Positions 1-8,912 of a DNA stretch of 64,000 nucleotides are shown here, piece by piece. The notes under the pieces were generated by a model. That model saw only the letters and a list, made by a program, of their open reading frames with translations. It was not told the DNA's origin and did not search any database. Each line of letters starts with the position of its first letter. Position 1 is the stretch's first letter. The DNA comes from Methylotenera sp. Lineage in GTDB: Bacteria; Pseudomonadota; Gammaproteobacteria; Burkholderiales; Methylophilaceae. The stretch is taken from assembly GCA_031369365.1 (NCBI GenBank), contig JANMOP010000014.1:4680-68679 (forward strand), written 5' to 3'. The position numbers and the translations under genes were made by a program.

Positions 1-765
1 CCATTTAATGGAAAAGTAACGCTTACCGAGTCGCGCGAACTCAAAAGCATCGATCTGATGACTAACGACGAAACCTTAGCCATGCAGATAACGCCACAAG
101 GCAGCAGTTTCGCTATCGCGTTTTCAGGCACTAATTGGGCGTTGCCAATGAATCCAAAATTTATGTTCAGCGAGCTAAAGGCCAAAGGCATCATTAAGCA
201 GAGTTTGCTTTTTTTCAATGAAATCGAAGGCACAATTTATGGTGGAAGTTTCACAGGCAAGGCGGCGCTTGATTGGTCTAACCAGTGGTCAATAGCGGGG
301 AATTTCGAATTGAGTAACGCTAATTTGCCAGAGATATTAAAAGCTTTTGGCAGCAGCGCTTCTGTGGATGGCAAATTAAAGCTCGCTGGGATTTTTTCTT
401 GCCAATCAAAGCTGGCAGCCGCGCTCACAGGTGCACCAGAGATTAGCGCCTACTTTACAGTGCAAAACGGTAAAATTAATGGTGTCGAGCTAGACCGCGC
501 AGTCTTGTCTAAGAACAGCCAGTCTCTGGCTGGAGATTCTACGCGTTTCGATAAACTGACTGGCAACGTGAAAATTAAGAACCGTGGTTACCATTATAGG
601 CAGCTTGTACTTAAAAGTGATCAATTCTACGCCGAGGGCAATGTGGATATTAAGCCCAATCAGGATATTTCAGGCAACATCAATGCGAATCTTGCCGCAG
701 AATCACGCCGTTTACAAGCTAGATTCGATCTGGCCGGCAAAGTGAACAACGTGAAACGACAATAA
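1..765 (+). CDS. AsmA-family envelope protein, C-terminal part (5'-truncated by the window)
   Basis: Frame is open from base 1 (PFNGKVTLTESREL...) to TAA at 763-765. Beta-strand-rich sequence with AsmA-like C-terminal motifs (GDSTRFDKLTGNVKIKN, GNVDIKPNQDISG). Confidence 0.65.
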   Translation, partial: PFNGKVTLTESRELKSIDLMTNDETLAMQITPQGSSFAIAFSGTNWALPMNPKFMFSELKAKGIIKQSLLFFNEIEGTIYGGSFTGKAALDWSNQWSIAGNFELSNANLPEILKAFGSSASVDGKLKLAGIFSCQSKLAAALTGAPEISAYFTVQNGKINGVELDRAVLSKNSQSLAGDSTRFDKLTGNVKIKNRGYHYRQLVLKSDQFYAEGNVDIKPNQDISGNINANLAAESRRLQARFDLAGKVNNVKRQ

Positions 766-798
766 GTTGATTAACTTTTAAGACCTTAATCTAAGACG

Positions 799-1305
799 TT
801 AATCTTTAAGTCTTAAAAAGTCTGGTTTACCTAGCTCACAGCCATTATGGCGCAAAATATTGTAAGTGGTGGTCACGTGAAAATACACGTTAGGCATCAC
901 CCATTTCAGCAGGTAATCTTGGCCTGTAAAATGTAAATCGGTTTTGCGCACAGTAATTGTAATGTCACGCGTTTCGCTGCCGACCAATTGTTCTGGTTTA
1001 ATGGTGTCAATAAACGCGAGTGTTTTGGCGATGCGCGTTTGCAGTTGCTCAAAAGTCACTTCGGTATCTTCATACTTGGGCACTTCTAAACCTGCAAGCC
1101 TGGCAGCCGCGCCCTTGCTCATGTCTGTAGCAATATAGACTTGACGAATAATGGGATACATATCAGGAAAAAGGCGTGCGTTGAGCAAAACCGCGTGCTC
1201 AATATTTTTTACATCTGCATACGCCTCACCTTTTTTTAGAATGTGCGATAAGCTTAATAAAGCGCGTTTGAGCGGTGGAATGGTGGTATCAAACATAGGT
1301 AACAT
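799..1305 (-). CDS. DUF1993-family protein
   Basis: Motifs LLNARLFPDMYP, DMSKGAAARLAG, PNVYFHVTTTYNILRHNG..GK.DF are typical of DUF1993. Confidence 0.8.
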   Translation of the reverse strand: MLPMFDTTIPPLKRALLSLSHILKKGEAYADVKNIEHAVLLNARLFPDMYPIIRQVYIATDMSKGAAARLAGLEVPKYEDTEVTFEQLQTRIAKTLAFIDTIKPEQLVGSETRDITITVRKTDLHFTGQDYLLKWVMPNVYFHVTTTYNILRHNGCELGKPDFLRLKD

Positions 1306-1442
1306 GCTGTAATCCTAGAATTTTTTAATGGGTTAATATAAATGCACTTTAGTATAAGCCTATTTTACAAAGCCTAAAATAATTTGCCTATATTTTGGCA
1401 TCAGTCTATGATGAGGTGATTGTTTATTTGAGGAGAAACAGC

Positions 1443-1556
1443 ATGGCAAAAGGTCAAATTAAAAGTAATAAAGAAGTGAAAAAACCCAAGAAAAGCAAAG
1501 AGGTGGTAGTGCCTAATAGTGCTAATAATTTAATGAAGCCAGCGCCAAAAAAATAA
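1443..1556 (+). CDS. 37-aa Lys-rich small protein (MAKGQIKSNKEVKKPKKSKEVVVPNSANNLMKPAPKK), not in ORF track
   Basis: GAGGAG RBS at 1430-1435, ATG 1443, TAA 1554-1556, followed by a terminator hairpin. Confidence 0.7.
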   Translation: MAKGQIKSNKEVKKPKKSKEVVVPNSANNLMKPAPKK

Positions 1557-1586
1557 GCTTTCATTAACGCCTCAGCCTTTATTAAA

Positions 1587-1620
1587 AATGCCCGCCCTAT
1601 TTTTACATAGGGCGGGCATT
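1587..1620. terminator. Bidirectional intrinsic terminator between the small ORF and the convergent permease
   Basis: Perfect 14-bp inverted repeat AATGCCCGCCCTAT / ATAGGGCGGGCATT with a 6-nt loop and A/T runs nearby. Confidence 0.8.
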
Positions 1621-1643
1621 AGCTTTTAAAGCGTTAAATCGCT

Positions 1644-3125
1644 TTACTCTTTAACCGCTGGTGGGCCTTTAAAGCGTTTGCTTTCGCCAAACCCAAACCA
1701 GAATATTGCCATGACAACCAACATAAAAATAGTCAAATAGAGCACTTTCTCATTTGGCGGTTGTACGCCAACTATTACTAAGAAGCCACCGCCAATCACA
1801 GCCAGCACGCCGATGATTTTAGACATACCGCCTAAATTAAATGGGCCTTTATGCTTCCAAGTTTTGCCTTCGGCCAAAATACCAGCAGCGGTTGGCATGA
1901 TGTAAGAGATATACAGAAAAACCGCACAACCCACCGCCAACACACTAAAAGCCGCAGCGTACAGCGTTGCTGCAACTGCTAGTATGGCAGAAACCCAAAC
2001 AGCGGCAACGGGCGTTTTTAATATTGGGTGAACCGTGCGTAGCAAGTTAGAAGCGGGCAAACCACCATCGCGTGCAAAGGCAAACATCATGCGCGATGTG
2101 GAAGTTAAACAAGCTAAACCGCACAAATAATTGACTAAGAAAATAGACAAGCCTAATACTAATTGTAGTGTGGACGGCAGTGTTTTCAACAGCTCAGCAA
2201 AAAAGCCAAAGCCATTTTTTACACCAGTAGGAATGTCTGGCAATACCAACACAAAGGTACAAATTAAGATGTAACCAAAAATGACGGAGTAAACCACAGA
2301 ACTCACAATGCCTTTTGGTACTGTTTTGGCGGCATCGCGCGTTTCTTCTGAGGTGTGTGCTGAGGCATCAAAACCAGTAATGGTGTAAACCGCTAGCAAA
2401 AGCCCTAGCAAAAACGGAAACACCATACCTTCACTTTTTGGCCAAACACTGCCTTCAGTGCCCGTGTAGTTAGTAAAGGTAAACAAGCGAGAAAACTCTA
2501 ATCCACCTTCATGATAAGCCAACAAAGACAACACTAGCACGATAGTAATGATAAAAATCAGGTAGCCAGAAAGGTCGGTAATTTTGGTGGTAAATTTAGG
2601 AAAACGATAAATGAGTATGGCCTGCGAAATGGTAAACAGTGCGATGTAGAAAATTTGATGCGAATATCCAAAGCCTGATACATCAACGCCTAACAGCGGC
2701 AGCGCTAGCCCTTTAAAGAAGAAGTCATACACGCCAAAATTAACTGAGGCCACCACAAAAATTAAGCCCAGCAAATTAAACCAAGCGGTCGTCCAGCCAA
2801 AGCCTTTGCCACCCAATATAGAACCCCAGTGATACAAACCACCAGCCGTTGGGTAACTTGAAGAGATTTGCGCCATCGCCAATGCCACAATCGCTGCAAA
2901 TAAACCGCCCACTAGCCAGCCGATGCCAATAGAAGCGCCACCTGCGCCGCCTAGCGCCAAGGGAAACGCCGAAATACCACCCGCCAAAATACAAATAATA
3001 GAAAACGAAATTGCAAAATTAGAAAAGCCACCCATGTGACGGTGCAACTCTTGCTCATAGCCCATTTTTTTTAGTTCAGCGGCGTCATGTTCTAAGACCG
3101 CGCTTGCCTCGCTCAAATCACTCAT
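1644..3125 (-). CDS. APC-superfamily amino acid/amine permease (GABA/choline ACT-like), probable ethanolamine importer
   Basis: GYEQELHR..GGFSNFAISFSII, PTAGGLYHW, GFDASAHTSEET and SRMMFAFARDG motifs; ~12 hydrophobic segments; divergent from eutBC. Confidence 0.85.
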   Translation of the reverse strand: MSDLSEASAVLEHDAAELKKMGYEQELHRHMGGFSNFAISFSIICILAGGISAFPLALGGAGGASIGIGWLVGGLFAAIVALAMAQISSSYPTAGGLYHWGSILGGKGFGWTTAWFNLLGLIFVVASVNFGVYDFFFKGLALPLLGVDVSGFGYSHQIFYIALFTISQAILIYRFPKFTTKITDLSGYLIFIITIVLVLSLLAYHEGGLEFSRLFTFTNYTGTEGSVWPKSEGMVFPFLLGLLLAVYTITGFDASAHTSEETRDAAKTVPKGIVSSVVYSVIFGYILICTFVLVLPDIPTGVKNGFGFFAELLKTLPSTLQLVLGLSIFLVNYLCGLACLTSTSRMMFAFARDGGLPASNLLRTVHPILKTPVAAVWVSAILAVAATLYAAAFSVLAVGCAVFLYISYIMPTAAGILAEGKTWKHKGPFNLGGMSKIIGVLAVIGGGFLVIVGVQPPNEKVLYLTIFMLVVMAIFWFGFGESKRFKGPPAVKE

Positions 3126-3288
3126 TTTTTTACCCCTTTTAAAGATTAACTGCTAATAGAAACTACTAGATACTAATTTTTAAAACTAAAACGATCATGC
3201 ACTTTTATGGTTACTTACAGACAAATTACACTTCTAGTATAGATTTATAATAGACAATTGCAAGTGTTTGAACTTGATACAGTTTCAG

Positions 3289-3337
3289 TTTGCGACATTT
3301 ATATATAACATTTGCGACATTGTTAAAAAAAGTCGCA
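3289..3337. promoter_or_regulatory. Candidate operator array between the permease and eutB
   Basis: TTTGCGACATT at 3289-3299 and 3311-3321 (22-bp period), plus an inverted GTCGCA at 3332-3337. Confidence 0.45.
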
Positions 3338-3392
3338 TAATGTCATTGTGAATTGCAAGTAACTAGTGCAAAAGTGTGTGGGGTAGAAGTGC

Positions 3393-4808
3393 ATGACGAC
3401 CTATCGTTATAGTGTGGGCGCGCAAACTTATCAATTTGCAGATTTGAAAGATGTGCTTGCCAAGGCAACACCAGCGCGCTCTGGGGACTATCTTGCGGGC
3501 GTAGCGGCAGACACCTATGCTGAGCGCATGGCGGCTAGAATGTGCTTGGCTGAGATTCCGCTTAAAACCTTTCTGGAAGATTTAATTATTCCGTATGAGG
3601 CCGATGAAGTCACGCGCTTGATTGTGGATACGCACGACAAACAAGCATTTGCAGAGATTAGCCATTTAAGCGTGGGTGATTTTCGTGATTGGCTGCTTTC
3701 AGATATTGCTGATTCGGCTACTTTAAAGCGCGTTGCCACTGGCATTACGCCAGAAATGGCAGCGGCGGTGAGTAAAATAATGCGTAATCAAGATTTGATT
3801 TTGGTCGCTAAAAAATGCCATGTAATAACCAGCTTTCGCAACACCATCGGCCTACCAGACCATATTTCCGTGCGTTTACAGCCTAATCACCCCACAGATG
3901 ACATGCGCGGGATTGCCGCCTCTATGCTGGATGGTTTGCTCTACGGCGCGGGTGATGCAGTGATTGGCATTAACCCAGCAACCGATAGCTTGCCTGCGCT
4001 GATGGATTTGTATTATTTGGTGGATGAAGTTATTAACCAATACGAAATACCTACGCAATCGTGCATCTTGACGCACGTTACTAACCAAATTGAGTTAATC
4101 GAACGCGGCGCACCTGTGGATTTAGTATTTCAATCTATCGCAGGCACCGAAAAAGCCAACAAAAGTTTTGGCATTGATATCGCTTTGCTAAAAGAAGCGC
4201 AATCGGCGGCTTTGTCTTTAAATCGCGGCACTGTTAAAAATGAATTTGGCGAGTATAACGTCATGTATTTTGAAACAGGTCAAGGTTCAGCATTGTCTGG
4301 CAACGCGAACTTTGGTGTCGATCAACAAACCTGCGAAGCACGTGCTTACGCGGTTGCAAGGCATTTATCGCCTTTGCTTACCAACACCGTGGTGGGCTTT
4401 ATTGGCCCAGAATATTTGTACGACGGCAAACAGATTATCCGCGCAGGGCTAGAAGACCACTTTTGCGGAAAACTTTTAGGCGTGCCGCTGGGTTGCGATG
4501 TATGTTACACCAACCATGCCGAGGCCGATCAAGACGACATGGACACGCTAATGACGCTGCTTGCCACTGCCGGCCTCACCTTTATTATGGGTATTCCAGG
4601 TGCAGATGACATTATGCTGAACTACCAAACGACTTCTTTTCACGATGCGCTATATTTACGCAAAGTACTTGGCCTGAAAGCCGCGCCAGAGTTTGAGTTG
4701 TGGCTTAAACAAATGCACATTATGGATGCCAATGGACAAGTGCAGCCAATTGAGCAAGCGCATCACATGCTGCAAAATATGCCTAAACATTTATTGAGCG
4801 CCGCATGA
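3393..4808 (+). CDS. eutB: Ethanolamine ammonia-lyase large subunit
   Basis: LAKATPARSGDYLAG, RLQPNHPTDD, YFETGQGSALS, EDHFCGKLLGVPLGCDVCYTNH motifs. Confidence 0.97.
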   Translation: MTTYRYSVGAQTYQFADLKDVLAKATPARSGDYLAGVAADTYAERMAARMCLAEIPLKTFLEDLIIPYEADEVTRLIVDTHDKQAFAEISHLSVGDFRDWLLSDIADSATLKRVATGITPEMAAAVSKIMRNQDLILVAKKCHVITSFRNTIGLPDHISVRLQPNHPTDDMRGIAASMLDGLLYGAGDAVIGINPATDSLPALMDLYYLVDEVINQYEIPTQSCILTHVTNQIELIERGAPVDLVFQSIAGTEKANKSFGIDIALLKEAQSAALSLNRGTVKNEFGEYNVMYFETGQGSALSGNANFGVDQQTCEARAYAVARHLSPLLTNTVVGFIGPEYLYDGKQIIRAGLEDHFCGKLLGVPLGCDVCYTNHAEADQDDMDTLMTLLATAGLTFIMGIPGADDIMLNYQTTSFHDALYLRKVLGLKAAPEFELWLKQMHIMDANGQVQPIEQAHHMLQNMPKHLLSAA

Positions 4809-4818
4809 TTATTTTTCT

Positions 4819-4889
4819 CTGTCATTCTGACGAAAGTCAGAATCTTTTTAAAATATCCATTAGATTGCGGGTCTAGCCCGCAATGACAG
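4819..4889. repeat. GTCAT/CGTC-type palindromic repeat doublet
   Basis: Terminal inverted repeat CTGTCATT...AATGACAG. Each half is a hairpin (ATTCTGAC-GAAA-GTCAGAAT; ATTGCGGG-TCTAG-CCCGCAAT). Confidence 0.7.
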
Positions 4890-4900
4890 GTAGTATAAAA

Positions 4901-5692
4901 ATGGCTGAAAAAGTAAACAAACACCACCTACATTTAGACCCGTGGCAACAGCTTAAAAGCTTCACGCGCGCACGTATTGCCATCGGCCGCGTGGGTAGCA
5001 GCTTGCCCACTAAGGAAGTGCTCGATTTTGGCTTAAGTCACGCCATGGCGCGAGATGCGGTGCATTTGCCATTGGATATTAATGCGCTGGAAGCTGATAT
5101 ACAAGCACAAGGATTTAGCACTATTCGCGCAAAAAGTATGGCGCCTGATAGAGCCAGCTATTTGTTGCGACCCGATTGGGGGCGCAGGCTGCATGAGCAA
5201 AGTTTGATGCATTTGAAAAATCTTCATCAAGCAAAACCGACTGATTTTTTAATTGTAGTGGGCGATGGTTTGTCATCACTAGCAGTCGCGCGGCATGTAG
5301 CGCCGTTACTCGCAGAAATACGCAATTATCTACCAACTGATTGGCACACAGGCCACGTCGTTATTGCCTCGCAGGCAAGGGTAGCTATTGGCGATGAAAT
5401 TGGTCAAGCGCTCAACGCGAAAATAGTCGCCATGCTAATAGGTGAAAGGCCTGGTTTAAGTTCACCCGATAGTTTGGGCATTTACCTAACTTATAACCCT
5501 AAACTTGGCTTAAGCGATGCAGATCGCAATTGCATCTCAAACGTACGGCCAGAAGGCTTGCAATACGACGCTGCCGCCAAAAAGTTGATTTGGCTAGCCA
5601 AAGAAGCCATGCGCTTAAAGGTAACAGGCGTGGCGTTGAAAGATGAAAGTGATGTGCAGGAAATCAGCGCGCAAACTAAATTAACAAACTAA
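4901..5692 (+). CDS. eutC: Ethanolamine ammonia-lyase small subunit
   Basis: TRARIAIGRVGSSLP, YLLRPDWGRRL, DGLSSLAV, LIGERPGLSSPDSLG, DADRNCISN motifs. Start set at ATG 4901 because ATG 4883 lies inside the repeat. Confidence 0.95.
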   Translation: MAEKVNKHHLHLDPWQQLKSFTRARIAIGRVGSSLPTKEVLDFGLSHAMARDAVHLPLDINALEADIQAQGFSTIRAKSMAPDRASYLLRPDWGRRLHEQSLMHLKNLHQAKPTDFLIVVGDGLSSLAVARHVAPLLAEIRNYLPTDWHTGHVVIASQARVAIGDEIGQALNAKIVAMLIGERPGLSSPDSLGIYLTYNPKLGLSDADRNCISNVRPEGLQYDAAAKKLIWLAKEAMRLKVTGVALKDESDVQEISAQTKLTN

Positions 5693-5698
5693 GCTCGC

Positions 5699-6937
5699 TT
5701 AATGCAATTGATGTAACTCTAAATCTCGCAATTTAGGTGCATATTTAGCGGTAACCCCCACCACGCCAAGTGTCATTAATCCACCAAAAATCACCGAGGG
5801 TACTAAGCCCATTAAGCGAGCAGCCACGCCAGATTCAAACGCGCCTAGCTCGTTGGATGAGCCAATAAATATGCCATTGATGGCAGTGACACGTCCGCGC
5901 ATGGCATCGGGTGTGGCGAGCTGTAAAATAGTTTGTCGTAACACAACCGATACGCCATCAAAAATGCCAGAAAGCAATAATATGGCAGCCGCAACCCAAA
6001 AATAAGGGGTAAGCGCAAAGCCAATCATACACACGCCAAAGCCAGCAACCGCAAACAATAGCAAGCGTCCAGCGTGTAAGTTAATGGGGTGGCGCGTAAG
6101 CCATAAGCCTGTGGCAATAGCGCCTAAACCAGGCGCAGCGCGCAAAACCCCCAAACCTTCTGGCCCCATTTGGTATATATCTTGAATAAAAGCAGGCAGC
6201 ATGGCAACAGCTCCACCAAACAGCACGGCAAACATATCTAATGACAGCGCACCCAGAACGATTTGATTGCTAAACACAAAGCGCAAACCCTGCGCAATGC
6301 TGGCGAATACGGCAGGGCTGTTTTGCGCTGGCGGTGGTTCTTTTATTTTAAGAGATAACATAGCAAGCGCTGCGCCAGCACACAATAAAACGGCTATTTG
6401 GTAGGCGATAGTTTTATTAGCAAACCCAACCAGCAAGCCGCCCAATACGGGGCCAAGCACTAAGCCGATTTGAAACACCGAGCTACCAATACCCATGGCT
6501 TTGGCAAAATATTGGCGCGGAATAACAAGCGCGAATAAGGTGGTGTAGCTGGGGGCAATAAACGCACGTGCAACGCCAGTAAACGCGATTGAGCCATAAA
6601 TCCATAAACTCGCATTACCGTTAATCCAACCGAGTGAAATTGCGCTTAGTATCATTGCGTTAATCAATAATAACAGCGCCGCCAACATACCAAAAAATCG
6701 TCTTGAACAATAGTGATCTACCGCGTGGCCAGCAAATAGCGCACACGCAAAATAGGGAATCACCTCTGTAAGGCCGATTAAACCTAAAGCCAAAGTATCG
6801 TGTGTGATTTCGTAAATATGCCAGCCTACAGTGACCGCCATAATTTGGTAAGCCAGCACGATAAGCATGCGAAATGCTAATAATTTAAGAAATGCGTGAT
6901 TGTGTAATGTGAAAATTTGGGCATTAAAAGCTTGCAT
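5699..6937 (-). CDS. MFS transporter (DHA3/EntS-like exporter)
   Basis: 12 TM segments; LDMFAVLFGGAVAMLP, TPDAMRGRV and SSNELGAFESG motifs. Confidence 0.85.
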   Translation of the reverse strand: MQAFNAQIFTLHNHAFLKLLAFRMLIVLAYQIMAVTVGWHIYEITHDTLALGLIGLTEVIPYFACALFAGHAVDHYCSRRFFGMLAALLLLINAMILSAISLGWINGNASLWIYGSIAFTGVARAFIAPSYTTLFALVIPRQYFAKAMGIGSSVFQIGLVLGPVLGGLLVGFANKTIAYQIAVLLCAGAALAMLSLKIKEPPPAQNSPAVFASIAQGLRFVFSNQIVLGALSLDMFAVLFGGAVAMLPAFIQDIYQMGPEGLGVLRAAPGLGAIATGLWLTRHPINLHAGRLLLFAVAGFGVCMIGFALTPYFWVAAAILLLSGIFDGVSVVLRQTILQLATPDAMRGRVTAINGIFIGSSNELGAFESGVAARLMGLVPSVIFGGLMTLGVVGVTAKYAPKLRDLELHQLH

Positions 6938-7042
6938 GGTGGGCTATTATAAAATTAAACCCGTGATAAAACTTAAGTAATTAGTTAAACTAAAACTGCA
7001 AAACTAAATAACGGGTAAAATTGTGATAAGTGCAGTGAATAA

Positions 7043-7135
7043 GGCAGTAAGCGTGGGGGTGTTAATGAACGAACAGCCCACGTCGATGAGTCGTCGTTGA
7101 CCTAGTGTGACTCTGCCGATATAGATTAGGCGCAC
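7043..7135 (+). ncRNA. Candidate structured small RNA (unassigned)
   Basis: GC-rich island in an AT-rich spacer. Closing stem GGCAG/CTGCC, hairpin CGTGGG..TGTT/AACA..CCCACG, and hairpin GTCGATGA/TCGTTGAC whose G-U pairs favour the + strand. Confidence 0.25.
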
Positions 7136-7185
7136 TAAACTTTTTCAGCTATGTTGAAATCTTGAGCTATTTTGCGAGTTCTAAT

Positions 7186-7800
7186 TTATTTGGGCACGCG
7201 CCACAAGTACCAGCTTGCAACGGTGCGGTGTGGAGACCAAGCTTTGCCAATATCGGCCATTTCTTTGCGCTTAGGCGCAGTTTCCAGTTTTTTAAGGCGT
7301 TTGTAACCCTCACACACGCCAAAATCGTCTGCTGGCAGAATATCCATGCGCTGTAGCGTAAACATCAGCATCATTTCCACCGTCCATTGGCCAATGCCTT
7401 TTAACATCACTAAGCGCGCAATTAGCGCTTCGTTCGACAGCGAATCAGCAATGTCGCGTGGCGGCACAAGGCCAGAAATAGCGCCGTCGGCAATGCCTTT
7501 TAGCGTCTCAATTTTGCGGCCAGAGAACCCGCAAGCGCGTAAATCGTCAAACTGCGCAGCTATGAGTTCTTCTGGCGTAGGAAATTGACCAAAATGTTGA
7601 GTTAATCTACCCAAAATGGCGTCGCCAGCTTTGCCGTGCAGTTGCTGGTAAGCCACCGCGCGTACTAACGCCTCATAAGGATTACGTTCAGCTTTTGGCG
7701 TAAACTCGCAAGCGCCAACCGTGCTAATTAATTGCGCCCAATCATCATCGATGGCGCTGAGAAATTGTGTGGCATCGGCGTAATTTTGTGCATTAGACAT
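7186..7800 (-). CDS. alkA: DNA-3-methyladenine glycosylase II (AlkA/HhH-GPD family)
   Basis: YEALVRAVAYQQL, HhH LKGIGQWTVEM, DILPADD and WSPHRTVASWYLW motifs. Start at ATG 7800 (MSNAQ); the longer ORF-track extension is antisense to alkB. Confidence 0.85.
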   Translation of the reverse strand: MSNAQNYADATQFLSAIDDDWAQLISTVGACEFTPKAERNPYEALVRAVAYQQLHGKAGDAILGRLTQHFGQFPTPEELIAAQFDDLRACGFSGRKIETLKGIADGAISGLVPPRDIADSLSNEALIARLVMLKGIGQWTVEMMLMFTLQRMDILPADDFGVCEGYKRLKKLETAPKRKEMADIGKAWSPHRTVASWYLWRVPK

Positions 7801-7813
7801 AGGATCATTATAA

Positions 7814-8467
7814 ATGGATTTATTCGAAAATATGGATGAACAAACTTTGCATATCGCCGATGGCGCAATGCTGTTGCGCAGGTTTGCACTATCAAATTTT
7901 GCACTATCAAATGAAGTGCCATTATTAAATGATTTAAAGTCTATTATTGCAAAATCGCCTTTGCGCCACATGGTCACACCAGGCGGATTTACCATGTCGG
8001 TGGCCATGACTAATTGCGGTAAGTTAGGCTGGGTAACGGATAAAAAAGGTTACCGATACGATGCGCTAAACCCTAGCACTGGCGCGCCTTGGCAGGCCAT
8101 GCCGATGAGTTTTTTGCAGCTTGCAAATAATGCCGCCGCAGAAGTGGGCTATGCTAATTTTGTGCCCGATGCCTGTTTAATTAATCAATATGAAATTGGT
8201 GCGCGCATGAGTTTGCACCAAGATAAAGATGAGCAAGATTTTAGTCAGCCGATTGTTTCGGTTTCATTTGGTGTACCAGCGACATTTTTGTTTGGCGGTT
8301 TAAAGCGTAGCGATAAGCCTAGCAAAATTTTACTGCAACACGGTGATATTGTGGTTTGGGGCGGTAAATCACGGTTAAATTATCACGGCATCATGCCTCT
8401 GCAAGCCAATAACCATGCGGTGCTTGGCAATTATCGATATAACTTAACTTTCAGAAAAGCGGGCTAG
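7814..8467 (+). CDS. alkB: Alpha-ketoglutarate-dependent dioxygenase AlkB
   Basis: MDLF start, MSVAMTNCG.LGW, DACLINQY, HQD...H iron ligands and RYNLTFR. Confidence 0.93.
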   Translation: MDLFENMDEQTLHIADGAMLLRRFALSNFALSNEVPLLNDLKSIIAKSPLRHMVTPGGFTMSVAMTNCGKLGWVTDKKGYRYDALNPSTGAPWQAMPMSFLQLANNAAAEVGYANFVPDACLINQYEIGARMSLHQDKDEQDFSQPIVSVSFGVPATFLFGGLKRSDKPSKILLQHGDIVVWGGKSRLNYHGIMPLQANNHAVLGNYRYNLTFRKAG

Positions 8468-8469
8468 CT

Positions 8470-8553
8470 CTGTCATTATGAGCGCAACGAAGAGTCAATG
8501 CTTAAGACTTCGAGTTAAAGTTCTGGATTCTTCGTTGCGCTTAAGCATGACGG
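8470..8553. repeat. GTCAT/CGTC-type palindromic repeat doublet
   Basis: CTGTCATTATGAGCGCAACGAAGA ... TCTTCGTTGCGCTTAAGCATGACGG inverted arms, starting 2 nt after the alkB stop. Confidence 0.7.
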
Positions 8554-8570
8554 TGAGACACTATATAAAC

Positions 8571-8912
8571 TTACAGTTTTAACGCCGCTTTAATGCGTTT
8601 TAAAGTTTGCGTCACAATATTGCCATCTAACTGATAATGTTTGTGTAACGGTTGTATTACTTGCCAACTGGCTTTAGTGCCCGCTGGAAAAGTCACCAAA
8701 TCACCCTTACCAAAGCTAATAGGCGCGCCACCTGTGGCGGTAATGACGCATTCACCCTCTAAAATATAAGCGATTTCTTGCTCTGGAAATGTCCAATCAA
8801 ATGTAGAAACTTCTTTTTGCCACGTTGGCCAATTGCTCACACTTAAAGCGCCCAAGCGGGCTTGGGTGGGGTTGTTTTCTACAATAATTTGGTTGACTAA
8901 AATTTGGCGCAT
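8571..8912 (-). CDS. Cupin-domain protein (DUF861-like)
   Basis: WPTWQKEVSTFDW, E.AYILEG and GDLV.FPAG...W cupin motifs; AAGGA RBS. Confidence 0.8.
   Translation of the reverse strand: MRQILVNQIIVENNPTQARLGALSVSNWPTWQKEVSTFDWTFPEQEIAYILEGECVITATGGAPISFGKGDLVTFPAGTKASWQVIQPLHKHYQLDGNIVTQTLKRIKAALKL

Noticed and set aside
4883-4900. eutC start at ATG 4883
   Set aside because: That ATG is part of the repeat end (CAATGAC); ATG 4901 is preferred.
7801-8007. N-terminal extension of alkA in the ORF track
   Set aside because: It is antisense to the conserved alkB start; family similarity begins at MSNAQ (7800).
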